A program made the position numbers and the translations under genes. From positions 160,001 through 224,000 of the forward strand of contig CBDCCZ010000018.1 of assembly GCA_965215005.1 (NCBI GenBank): a DNA stretch of 64,000 nucleotides. The letters are read 5' to 3'. This document shows, one piece after another, positions 33,508 through 44,481 of the stretch; the stretch's first letter is position 1; each line of letters begins with the position of its first letter. The notes below the pieces were generated by a model. It did no database searches. It was not told the DNA's origin and worked only from the letters and a program-made list of their open reading frames with translations. Origin of the DNA: Kofleriaceae bacterium. GTDB taxonomy: Bacteria > Myxococcota_A > Polyangia > Haliangiales > Haliangiaceae.

Positions 33508-34404
33508 CTATGGCGTAAGCGTGATGCGGCCGGGCTCGAGCGAGCCATCGCCGGTGTCGCCGCCGGTGGTAAAGAACAGCGTGGCGCCTACGCCCACCAC
33601 CGCCGCTCCGCCGGCGACCGTATACCAGCGCGCATACCACGGCCGCTCGCGACGAACGCTCCCCGGCTCGAGCACCAACGACAGCGGCGTCTCTGGACCA
33701 GCCACGCGGGCGATCGGCTGCCCGGCGAGGTCGCGGGCCTCGAGGAAATACTCCAGCTCGTAGCGCGCGGTTGCAGCGGGCCGGAACCACGCGACCGCGC
33801 CAGCGACCGGGGCCCGCCGGAGCGAGCGGCACACGCTGATAATCGAGCACGCCGCCGCGCCGCCACCCAAACAGGCACCTCCTTGATGCGCTCGGCGCCG
33901 GCCGACGCCGACACCTCGACCTCGAGCGGCCGCCCGGAGGTGCCGCTGGTTGGCACCGCGTGATCTAGAAGCACCTCAACGCTGGCGTCGAATCCGACAT
34001 AGTCTTCTTTCACGCGCGCGAAGAAGTCGCGGATTTTTGGCGAGCCAGAGTCATCGCGCAGCTGATAGCCCGGGTCGAGCGACAACAGCTCTTCGAAGGC
34101 CTCGCGCGCCAGCGAGCGCTCACCGAGGATGAGATGCGACATGCCGATGAGCTCGAGCGCGCGCACCCGCTGCGCTCGATTGGCCGCCGGATCGCGCGGA
34201 AGCGGGCCCAGCGCCAACAGCGCTTTGCGATACTCGAGCTCGTCGAACAGCCGCTTGCCTTCGACCAGTCGCTCGCGCACCCGCGCCCCCGCATCGCTCG
34301 ATCCGGCGGTGGTCGGCCTGCGCGTAGAGCCGCGCGTTGGGCAGCAGCAACGCGACGATGACGACCGCCAAGCTCCAGCGAAGCACCCACGACGACGCCA
34401 CCAT
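33508..34404 (-). pseudogene. Secreted TPR-like protein with C-terminal TM, frameshifted
   Basis: Signal peptide MVASSWVLRW..; TPR-like GKRLFDELEYRKAL and AREAFEELLSLDP; C-terminal PWYARWY + hydrophobic segment in another frame. Confidence 0.65.
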
Positions 34405-34460
34405 GACTCCAGCACGGGTGCGCGTGTCGGCCGCGGGCAGAAGCATCGGCGCAAAGCCTA

Positions 34461-35867
34461 TCACGGCGCCTCGGTGGCCACCCATCGCAGGCTGTCGGTG
34501 CCGCTCAGTAGCAAGTCGAGACGGCCGTCGGCGTCGAGGTCGACGAGCAGCACGTGCTCGCCAGTGGCAGGCACCGCCGCGCCGTCGCGGAACGCGCCGC
34601 TTTCGGAGCCGAGCCAGGAAACTGGCTCACCGTCGGCGACGGTGATGAACAAGTCGACGGCACAATCGCCATCCGAATCACCGGCAGCGAGATCCGTTGC
34701 GCTGAGCGCGGCGTCGTCGGGCAGCGTGATCAGGGAGCGATCCTCGAGCTGCCCGTTGCCGCGATTGATGAAGAGCCGCGGCCGCTCCGCCACAGCGGCC
34801 ACCGCCACGTCCATGGCGCCGTCGTCGTTGGCGTCGAGCAGCGCCAGACCCGCCACCCGCAGCGGCAGCTCGGGCAGCGCTGCGACCGCGGGCGCAAACG
34901 AGCCGTTGCCGCCCTCGTCGTTGAAAAACGCCCGCAGCGGCGCCGCTTCGCTACTGCCCTGCCCAACGATCAAGTCCGCGTGACCGTCGCCATTCAAGTC
35001 GCCCGCGGCTAGCGCCGTGACCTCGGTAAGCGCTCCAGCGGCGCTGAAGGCTGCCGCGTCAGCGGCGAAGGCACCGCCGCCTTCGTTGCGATAGAGCAGC
35101 AGCTCACTGCCGCCGCCAAAGACCACGTCGATGTCGCCGTCGCCATCGGCGTCGAAGCTCGCTGCTGCAGTGACGGCAGCCAAACCCACGGGAACGGGCG
35201 CCGAGGGCACCAGCGCCGCGCCGTTTCGCAGCCACAACTCGACGCCATTGGGGCCGGTTACTGCCAAATCATCATCACAGTCGCCGTCGACATCGAAGGC
35301 GATGACCACCGGAGCCGCCGCGACCCGCGGAAGCGTATCGTCGACGACGCGCAGGCGACCGTCGGTCGCCGCGATGGCAACGCTGCCATTGGCTCCAACG
35401 GCCACGATCAACGGCCCTTGGCGACCGCGACTAACCGCCAGCGTCGCCGCCTCCGGGATGGCCACGGAGTCGCGCAGCTGCGGCTCGCCCACCGCTCCGT
35501 CGCGGCACGCTCGCAGCGCCAGCTCGAGCTCGCCGCCGTCGAAGTCGAAGCGCGCTTGGTCGTGAGCAACCTCGATGCCGCGACGATAGCCGCGCACCAT
35601 GGCGACGGCGGCAGACGCCTCTCCCGGCGCGACGGTGAGGCTTTGCGGCAAGGAGAGCGTGGCGCCGAGAGGATAGTAACGACCGAAGGCGCCGCCGGTG
35701 TCGTCAACATCGTGTACCGCCAAGCACATGCCGTCGAGCTCGGTCGGAACTTGTAAATCCCCGGTGACGACGACCACCACCGCGGCGTCGCCACAACCGT
35801 AGCAGCCAACGCTAACGGCGGCGGCGGCGAGAAGAGAAGACCAGTGCACTCGCCAGCAGGATGGCAT
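34461..35867 (-). CDS. FG-GAP/VCBS repeat lipoprotein (beta-propeller)
   Basis: Repeated D-x-D/N-x-D-x-x-x-D motifs (DVDGDCDDD, DADGDGDID, DLNGDGHAD, DANDDGAMD, DSDGDCAVD, DLDADGRLD); start uncertain. Confidence 0.85.
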   Translation of the reverse strand: MPSCWRVHWSSLLAAAAVSVGCYGCGDAAVVVVVTGDLQVPTELDGMCLAVHDVDDTGGAFGRYYPLGATLSLPQSLTVAPGEASAAVAMVRGYRRGIEVAHDQARFDFDGGELELALRACRDGAVGEPQLRDSVAIPEAATLAVSRGRQGPLIVAVGANGSVAIAATDGRLRVVDDTLPRVAAAPVVIAFDVDGDCDDDLAVTGPNGVELWLRNGAALVPSAPVPVGLAAVTAAASFDADGDGDIDVVFGGGSELLLYRNEGGGAFAADAAAFSAAGALTEVTALAAGDLNGDGHADLIVGQGSSEAAPLRAFFNDEGGNGSFAPAVAALPELPLRVAGLALLDANDDGAMDVAVAAVAERPRLFINRGNGQLEDRSLITLPDDAALSATDLAAGDSDGDCAVDLFITVADGEPVSWLGSESGAFRDGAAVPATGEHVLLVDLDADGRLDLLLSGTDSLRWVATEAP

Positions 35868-37443
35868 AGGCCCACGAAGCGGTGCCAGCACCGCCGACAG
35901 CACATCCGCCGGTCAACGTAGCATCTGCTCGGTCATCGGATTCGACATCTGGCAACGTGGGGCTGGGCGGATCGCCGGGACCGCGCGGAGCCACGGTCAC
36001 CTCCATGCTCATCACCGGCCCGAACGCCTGGCCCTCGTGCACCAGCTGAAACGACTCGCTGAAGTTGGTGGCGGCCTCGACGTTCGGCGCGCGAATGACG
36101 AAGCTGAACCGGCCAACGGTGCCCGGTGCGTAGGTCGAATGGTCGGCACCGCTTGGATGCGACTCGCTGAGCCAGTTGCCAGAGACGAAGAACGGCGAGG
36201 CGCGATCCAGCGGCGCGGCCGTGGCAAGGCGGGTCTCGTTCACGCCCCAAGTAACGCTCGAGCGGTTCTCGAGCTCGAACCACACCACGCGCTCCTCTCC
36301 GGAGTACATCCGTGCCGGCGTGTCCTGCGTCATGAACGCCGCGTCAAAGTGCGCTTCGCCGCCGCTTCTGACCAGCGCCATGTACTTGTCCCAGTCCCAG
36401 CCGCTTCCCGGGTCGCCGTGATCGGAGCAGTCGGGGGTCTCGCCGTGCCCCATGATGTGGGCGCGATCTTTGGGAATGCCGTACTGATCAGCCAGCCATG
36501 CCGTCAGCCGCGCAGACGCCATGTACATCCCGTCGGTGTACCAAGCATCGGGGTCTTCTACCCAGCCCTCGTGCTCGATGCCGATCGACTTGCTGTTGAA
36601 ACACGCATCGTGCCAGCCGATGTCGCGATCATCGAGCATCTGGGTGATCTCGCCGTCCGAGGACCGCACCACGTAGTGCGCCGAGACGTTGGACGACGGA
36701 TCGCGAAACCACGAGATGGCCCCGTTGTAAGCGCCTTGGGTGGTGTGAATGACGATGTAGCGAAGGTCGTCGGCACCGCGATTGGCGTTGGTGTAGTTCG
36801 AAGAGTGCGCCGGCATCCACCGCGCAGACGGATAGCCCAGCGCCAACGAGCGCTGCGCGTAGATCGCAGCGTCATCGACGCGAAGCGGTCGCCCGGTGAC
36901 AGTCACCGCTGCACCTTCGGCGTCGAGCCCGCGCCAGCCGCGCTGGAGATGTGCATACACCTCCTCCGCAAACGCACGACCGGCCTCGCCGTCGCCGCCG
37001 TAGGCAACCAACGCCTCACGCCACGAATCGAGCGCGTCGCCGCCACCGGTTGCCGCGAGTAGCGCTGCGGCGGCCATGACGTTAGCAGCCGGCTCGAGCA
37101 CCACTTGCCCGCTAGAAAAACCGGCCAAGCTCGCGGCGCGCTCGAGACTACGCGCTCCTGGCTCAGCCTGTAGCGCCATCAGGCCGACCACCGCGAGCCC
37201 GTGACCATTGGCCGACTCGCTGTCGTGATCCACCGCGGTCTGGACGAACCGCAAGCGGGTTTCTACAAACGACACCGTGGCCAGAATTTCAGCCGGCACT
37301 CCGTGCACGCGCTCGGCGGCGGTGAACAGCTTCACGAGCGAGGAGGTTCCACCGAGGACAGGGGCGTCCGAGCTTGTAGGTAACGACGAGGGACTCGTGC
37401 AGGCGACAACGAGGAGACAAACGAGAGCGAGTATTCGCGGCAT
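35812..37443 (-). CDS. N-acetylmuramoyl-L-alanine amidase (Amidase_2) with N-terminal lysozyme/SLT-like domain and MYXO-CTERM-like tail
   Basis: IVIHTTQG, SAHYVV, WHDA, SIGIEHEG, IMGH, HGDPG; N-terminal GVPAEILATVSFVETR..GLMAL; tail GGCAVG...RRRRR. Confidence 0.88.
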   Translation of the reverse strand: MPRILALVCLLVVACTSPSSLPTSSDAPVLGGTSSLVKLFTAAERVHGVPAEILATVSFVETRLRFVQTAVDHDSESANGHGLAVVGLMALQAEPGARSLERAASLAGFSSGQVVLEPAANVMAAAALLAATGGGDALDSWREALVAYGGDGEAGRAFAEEVYAHLQRGWRGLDAEGAAVTVTGRPLRVDDAAIYAQRSLALGYPSARWMPAHSSNYTNANRGADDLRYIVIHTTQGAYNGAISWFRDPSSNVSAHYVVRSSDGEITQMLDDRDIGWHDACFNSKSIGIEHEGWVEDPDAWYTDGMYMASARLTAWLADQYGIPKDRAHIMGHGETPDCSDHGDPGSGWDWDKYMALVRSGGEAHFDAAFMTQDTPARMYSGEERVVWFELENRSSVTWGVNETRLATAAPLDRASPFFVSGNWLSESHPSGADHSTYAPGTVGRFSFVIRAPNVEAATNFSESFQLVHEGQAFGPVMSMEVTVAPRGPGDPPSPTLPDVESDDRADATLTGGCAVGGAGTASWAYAILLASALVFSSRRRRR

Positions 37444-37456
37444 TGCTGGGGTCCTT

Positions 37457-37472
37457 CGCACGTGGAATGCCA
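37457..37472 (-). promoter_or_regulatory. Sigma54-like -24/-12 motif framed by a 10-bp inverted repeat
   Basis: TGGCATTCCACGTGC (GG-N10-GC); tgctggggtc 37444-37453 pairs with gaccccagca 37473-37482. Confidence 0.45.
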
Positions 37473-37752
37473 GACCCCAGCAGCCGTAACTAGCTGTTTC
37501 TACAACGCAAACATCGCAAACAGCGAGTTGCACTGGGCACTGGCGTCCCACCCTGGTGCCAACGATGATGGGCAGCATGCGCTGCGAACGCAAGCGGGCT
37601 TGATCGACCGCTCAGCGGCCAACAGAAGTACCCTTACCAAAGACAGCACGAGGTCCTCGAATGTCAGCAATGGAGAATGCGCGTCGGAGGCGCGTTGGAT
37701 GCAACCGTCGCAGCTGGGCGCGTTGGATGGAACTTGGTATGGTGCCGCCTTC

Positions 37753-39696
<1,944 letters not shown>

Positions 39697-39708
39697 CCAG
39701 GAGCCGTC

Positions 39709-40461
39709 ATGCCTTCCGTCACCTGCGAGCTCAGCGGCGCCGTCGCCGTTCTCACCCTATGCAACGCCGACAAGCGCAATGCGCTCGATGGGGCCATGTG
39801 CGCCGCGCTCGCCGGACATTTGGACCAGCTGCACGAGCACGCGCGCGCGGCCATCCTCACCGGCGACGGCGACGGCGCGTTCTCCGCGGGTTTCGACATC
39901 ACAGAGCTTTCCGCCGAGCTGCAGGGCGATGACCAGAAACACCCGTTTGAGCAGCTGATGGCGGCGGTGGCGCGGTGCCCGGTGCCGCTGATTGCGGCGA
40001 TGCGAGGCGTGGCGCACGGAGGCGGCCTCGAGCTCGCCGCGAGCTGCGATGTTCGCATCGCCCATGCGACGGTCCGCATGGCAATGCCTCCGGCCAAGCT
40101 CGGCATCGTGTATCGCACGCCAGGGCTCGCGCGCTTCGCGGCGCTCCTTGGCGAGGGCCGAGCGCGCGAGTTGTTTCTCACCGCCCGCTCGTTCACCGGG
40201 GAGGAAGCGGCTGCGTGGGGCCTGGTGCAGCGGCTGGTGGCGGAAGAGGCGGTGCTGGCAACGGCACACGCCGTCGCGGAAGAGATTGCCGCGTTGCCGA
40301 GCGCCGCGGTGCAGGGCACGCGGGTGGCGTTTGAGGCGCTGCTACGACGGCGCGCGGAGCTGCAAGGCGACGATGGCGTCGAGGTCGAGCGACGGCGCGC
40401 GGCGGCGTGGAGCTCGGCAGACGCCGAAGCAGCACGGCGTCGATTCCTCACCCGCCGCTAG
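39709..40461 (+). CDS. Enoyl-CoA hydratase/isomerase family protein
   Basis: KRNALD, AFSAGFDI, HGGGLELAASCD and PPAKLG motifs. Confidence 0.9.
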   Translation: MPSVTCELSGAVAVLTLCNADKRNALDGAMCAALAGHLDQLHEHARAAILTGDGDGAFSAGFDITELSAELQGDDQKHPFEQLMAAVARCPVPLIAAMRGVAHGGGLELAASCDVRIAHATVRMAMPPAKLGIVYRTPGLARFAALLGEGRARELFLTARSFTGEEAAAWGLVQRLVAEEAVLATAHAVAEEIAALPSAAVQGTRVAFEALLRRRAELQGDDGVEVERRRAAAWSSADAEAARRRFLTRR

Positions 40462-40504
40462 CCGCGAGCCATGCGCGCAAGCTCAACCGAGCGAGCCTTT
40501 AGCT

Positions 40505-41913
40505 TTAGCCGACGAAATCGGGGAGCAGCTTGCCGGGGTTGAGCAGCCCTCGGGGATCGAGCGCGCGCTTGAGTGCGGCCATCAGCCGCAGCTCCTCCGC
40601 GGATCGCGAATAGCTCAGATACGGGCGCTTGAGGAGCCCGATGCCATGTTCGGCGGAGATGCTGCCGCGATGGCGGCGCACCAGCTCGAACATGTCGCGG
40701 TCAGCGTCGGCAACGCGGGCAAAGAAGCTGTCGCGGTCGAGCTCGTCTGGCTTCATGACGTTGATGTGCAGGTTGCCGTCGCCGATATGCCCGAACAAGC
40801 ACACTTCCCAGCCCGGATAGCGCGCGGCAAACACCGCGTCGAGCTCCGCGCAAAAGGCCTCGAGCGCGGCGACTGGCAGGGCGACGTCGTTTTTGTGCGG
40901 CAGCCCGGTGGCCGATAAGCTCTCGCTGATGCCTTCGCGGAGCTGCCACAGCTCGGCGGCCTGAGCGCTGCTCTGCGCCACCACGCCATCGCTGGCGAGC
41001 TCGCGCTCGAGCATGGCGGCAGTAAATGCCTCGAGCGCCTCAGCCGAGGCATCCTCCACCTCGAGAAGCACGTAGCAGTCAGTCGGTTCCTCGATCGGCA
41101 TGCGCACGCCGCGGTGCGCCACCAGCCGCGCCACGCACCGGTGGGTAAAGAACTCATACGCGGAGACCACGAGGCCGCTGACGCGGACCTCGCGAAACAG
41201 CCGCACCACGGCAGCCAGATCGGCGGCGGCAAGAAGCACCACGTCCAGACGCCGTGGCCGCGGCGTCAGCTTCAGGGTTGCGGCGGTGATGACGCCGAGG
41301 ATGCCCTCGGAGCCGATGAACAGCTGCCGAAGATCGATGCCGGTGTTGTTCTTCTCGAGGGCGCCGCCGAGCTCGAGGATGGTGCCGTCCATGAGCACAA
41401 CCTCGAGGCCCAGCACCCACTGGCGCGTAAGCCCATAGCGAATGACTTTGACGCCGCCGGCGTTGGTCGCGATGTTGCCTCCGACCTGACTTTGCCCTTT
41501 GGAGGCAAAATCGATCGGCCAGAGCAGGCCGTGCGGTGCAACGTGAGCGTGAACTGCTTCGGTGACCGCACCGGCTTGCACCCGAACCGTCCCGCCGAGG
41601 GTGTCCACGGGTTCCATACGCCGCATTCGCTCCGAGCGACAAAACCAGCTCACCACGCGCGGCGACGGCACCGCCGGCCAGTCCAGTCCGGCCTCCAGAA
41701 GGCACCACCGCGGACCGCGTGCTGTTGGCAGATGCGCAGCACCTCTGCCACCTCGGCGGTCGTGCGCGGCCATACGATGACCGCCGGCCGCTGGCGCCAC
41801 CACCTTGGTCCAGTCCGCGACCATACGCGCTGAGCTCAGCAGCCTCGGTGGACATCGCGGTCGGCTCGAGAACCGCGCGCAGGGCCTGTTGCGCCTCGAC
41901 TGGCAGCTTGCAT
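40505..41913 (-). pseudogene. FAD-binding oxidoreductase (D-2-hydroxyacid dehydrogenase/GlcD-like), 5' part frameshifted
   Basis: PSGGRTGLAGGA (ORF 41154..41921) joins GGNIATNAGG, FIGSEG, GHIGDGNLH, SAEHGIG and LDPRGLLNPGK (ORF 40505..41824). Confidence 0.8.
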
Positions 41914-41942
41914 CCCCTCATCCTACGCCAGGCAACGCGGCT

Positions 41943-42820
41943 TCACGCGCTAGAGTCAGCGTCGGGGGCGAGCTGCGCGACGATCATGGAACCGAGCATC
42001 AAGGCGCAACCAAGCAGTTGCCCGTGGCGCCAGTGACTCGTCCAGGAGCCAAGCGCCAGCGAGCGCAGCAAACACCGACTCCATGCTGAGCAGCACCGCA
42101 ACGTGCGCGGCCGAGGCGTGCCGCTGGGCGACCACTTGAATGGTGAACGCGACGCCAACCGAGAGCACGCCGCCGTAGGCGATAGCCCCCGCGGCAGCCG
42201 ACATCGCGCTGCTCGCGATAGTCTCGGTAAAGCCCAGCCGCGACACTCGCGAGCAGCGCCACCACCGTAAACTGCACCACCGCGAGCTCGAATGGATCTT
42301 GGCTGGGCGCGACCCGCGCGACGATCAGCACATGCACCGCCCACAGCACCGCGCAGGCGAGCACGAAGCCATCACCGCGGCTAAAGCTCGCCCCGCCAGA
42401 GACGCTCAATAGGTACAAGCCAGCCACCGCCAAGGCCGCCGCCGCCCACATCGAGCGCGCCACCCGATGGCCAGAAATCAAGCCGAGGAGCGGCACGATG
42501 AGGACATAGAGACCGGTGATGAAGCCGGCCTTGGCCGCCGACGTGGTGACCAGGCCTATCTGCTGCAGCGCCGCGCCGCCAAACAGCGCCACGCCCGCGG
42601 CCAACCCACCCGCTAGCGGCAACCGACGCGGATGGGCCGCACGCCGGCGGCGAACCAGCACCAGCGGCAGCACCACCAGTGCTCCCAGGGTAAAGCGCGC
42701 CGCGGTGAAGGTCATGGGCCCCACGTGGTCCATACCGAGGCGCTGCGCGACGAAGCCGGTTCCCCAGATCAGGGCGGCGACCAGCATCAGCGCGTCGGCT
42801 CGCAGGGTCTCGCGGCGCAT
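41943..42820 (-). pseudogene. DMT/EamA family transporter, 3' part frameshifted
   Basis: IWGTGFVAQR and AGFITGLYV; continues as LSVGVAFTIQVVAQR..ESVFAAL and LGCALMLGSMIVAQL in other frames. Confidence 0.8.
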
Positions 42821-42841
42821 GTCGGCGGCGGGGCCGCGCCC

Positions 42842-44368
42842 TTAGTAGGCCTTGGCGAGCACCAGACGGCGCTCGGTGGGTTTGCCGGTGAAGATGCACG
42901 CACCAGCCTCGGCCTCACCACCGTCATCGGGCAGCGGCACGCAGCGGCGCGTCACCTTGAGCTCCTTGAGCGCTGCTGTGGCCTCGGGCTCATCAGCAAC
43001 ATGGGCCCACGCAAAGCCGCCGTGAATCTCCGGCTTGCTGGCATTCTCGGGGCTGAAAAAGCCGCGGAACTCATCAGCGCTATCGATGCGCCGGGTGTGC
43101 TCGCCGCGAAATCGCAGCGCCCGCTCATAGAGCCCCGTCTGCATCGCCTCGAGCATCCCGGCCGCGCTACTGATGAGCTCGGCGCGCGGGATGAACGCCT
43201 TGTCGGTGGCTGGGCGATCGCGCCGCCGCACGCACACCGAGTCCGAGGCCAAGTCGCGCGGGCCAATCTCGAGCCGCAACGGCACGCCTTTTTTGACGTG
43301 CTCCCAGTTCTTGCCGCCGTGCACGTCACGCTCATCCAGGAGCACCCGCAGCGGCGCCTCGGCGTAGCGCTGCGCGCGCAGCTCGGTGGCGAGCGTGCGG
43401 CAGTAGTCGAGCACGGCGGCGCGCTCGTCATCGCTGCGCCAGATCGGCATGATGACGATTTGCTGCGGCGCAAGCTTGGGCGGCAACACCAGACCGTCGT
43501 CGTCGCTGTGGGCCATGATGAGGGCGCCCACAAGCCTCGTAGAGACGCCCCACGAGGTGGTCCACGCGTACTGCTGCTGCCCCGACTCGTCGAGAAACGA
43601 GATGTTGGCCGGTCGCGAGAAGTTCTGCCCGAGGAAGTGCGAGGTCCCCGCCTGCAGCGCCTTGCGGTCCTGCATCATCGCCTCGAGCGTGTAGGTATCG
43701 ACGGCGCCGGGGAAGCGCTCATCGGCGGTCTTGATGCCTCGAATCACCGGCAGCGCCATGTAGTCGCGGGCGAAGTCGGCATACAAGTCGAGGATCATCC
43801 GGGTCTCGGTGATGGCTTCGTCGCGGGTGGCGTGGCACGTGTGGCCCTCTTGCCAAAGAAACTCTGCGGTGCGCAGAAACAGGCGCGTGCGCAGCTCCCA
43901 GCGGAATACGTTGGCCCACTGATTCACGAGGATCGGCAGATCGCGATACGACTGCACCCACTTGGAATAGACCTCGCCAATGATGGTCTCGCTGGTCGGG
44001 CGGATGATCAGCGGCTCCTCGAGCTCGCCGGCGGGGATGAGCTTGCCGTCGGGGCCGGCCTCGAGGCGATGATGGGTGACTACCGCGCATTCTTTGGCGA
44101 AGCCCTCGACGTGCTCGGCCTCTTTCTCGAGGTAACTCTTGGGGATGAGCAGCGGGAAATACGCGTTGACGTGGCCGGTGGCTTTGAAGCGATCATCGAG
44201 CTGCCGCTGAATGTTCTCCCAGATAGCGTAGCCCCACGGCTTGATGACCATGCAGCCGCGCACGGGGGAGGCCTCGGCGAGATCGGCGGCCTTGACGACC
44301 TGCTGGTACCACTCCGGGTAGTCCTCGGAGCGGGTTGGGCTAATCGCGGTTTTCGGTTTCTTGGCCAT
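42842..44368 (-). CDS. proS: Proline--tRNA ligase, archaeal/eukaryote-like type
   Basis: RPTSET, QWANVFRWE, FLWQEGHT, QAGTSHFLGQNF, SWGVSTR; C-terminal AKAY. Confidence 0.96.
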   Translation of the reverse strand: MAKKPKTAISPTRSEDYPEWYQQVVKAADLAEASPVRGCMVIKPWGYAIWENIQRQLDDRFKATGHVNAYFPLLIPKSYLEKEAEHVEGFAKECAVVTHHRLEAGPDGKLIPAGELEEPLIIRPTSETIIGEVYSKWVQSYRDLPILVNQWANVFRWELRTRLFLRTAEFLWQEGHTCHATRDEAITETRMILDLYADFARDYMALPVIRGIKTADERFPGAVDTYTLEAMMQDRKALQAGTSHFLGQNFSRPANISFLDESGQQQYAWTTSWGVSTRLVGALIMAHSDDDGLVLPPKLAPQQIVIMPIWRSDDERAAVLDYCRTLATELRAQRYAEAPLRVLLDERDVHGGKNWEHVKKGVPLRLEIGPRDLASDSVCVRRRDRPATDKAFIPRAELISSAAGMLEAMQTGLYERALRFRGEHTRRIDSADEFRGFFSPENASKPEIHGGFAWAHVADEPEATAALKELKVTRRCVPLPDDGGEAEAGACIFTGKPTERRLVLAKAY

Positions 44369-44481
44369 GAGGCGCCGGAGATTGACACAACCTGGCCGCC
44401 GGCGCGACGGCAACGCTGGAAACCAAACGCACCACCACGCGCATCTTGCCGGCAAGGTTGGCTTCGCACTGCGCGCCTAGC

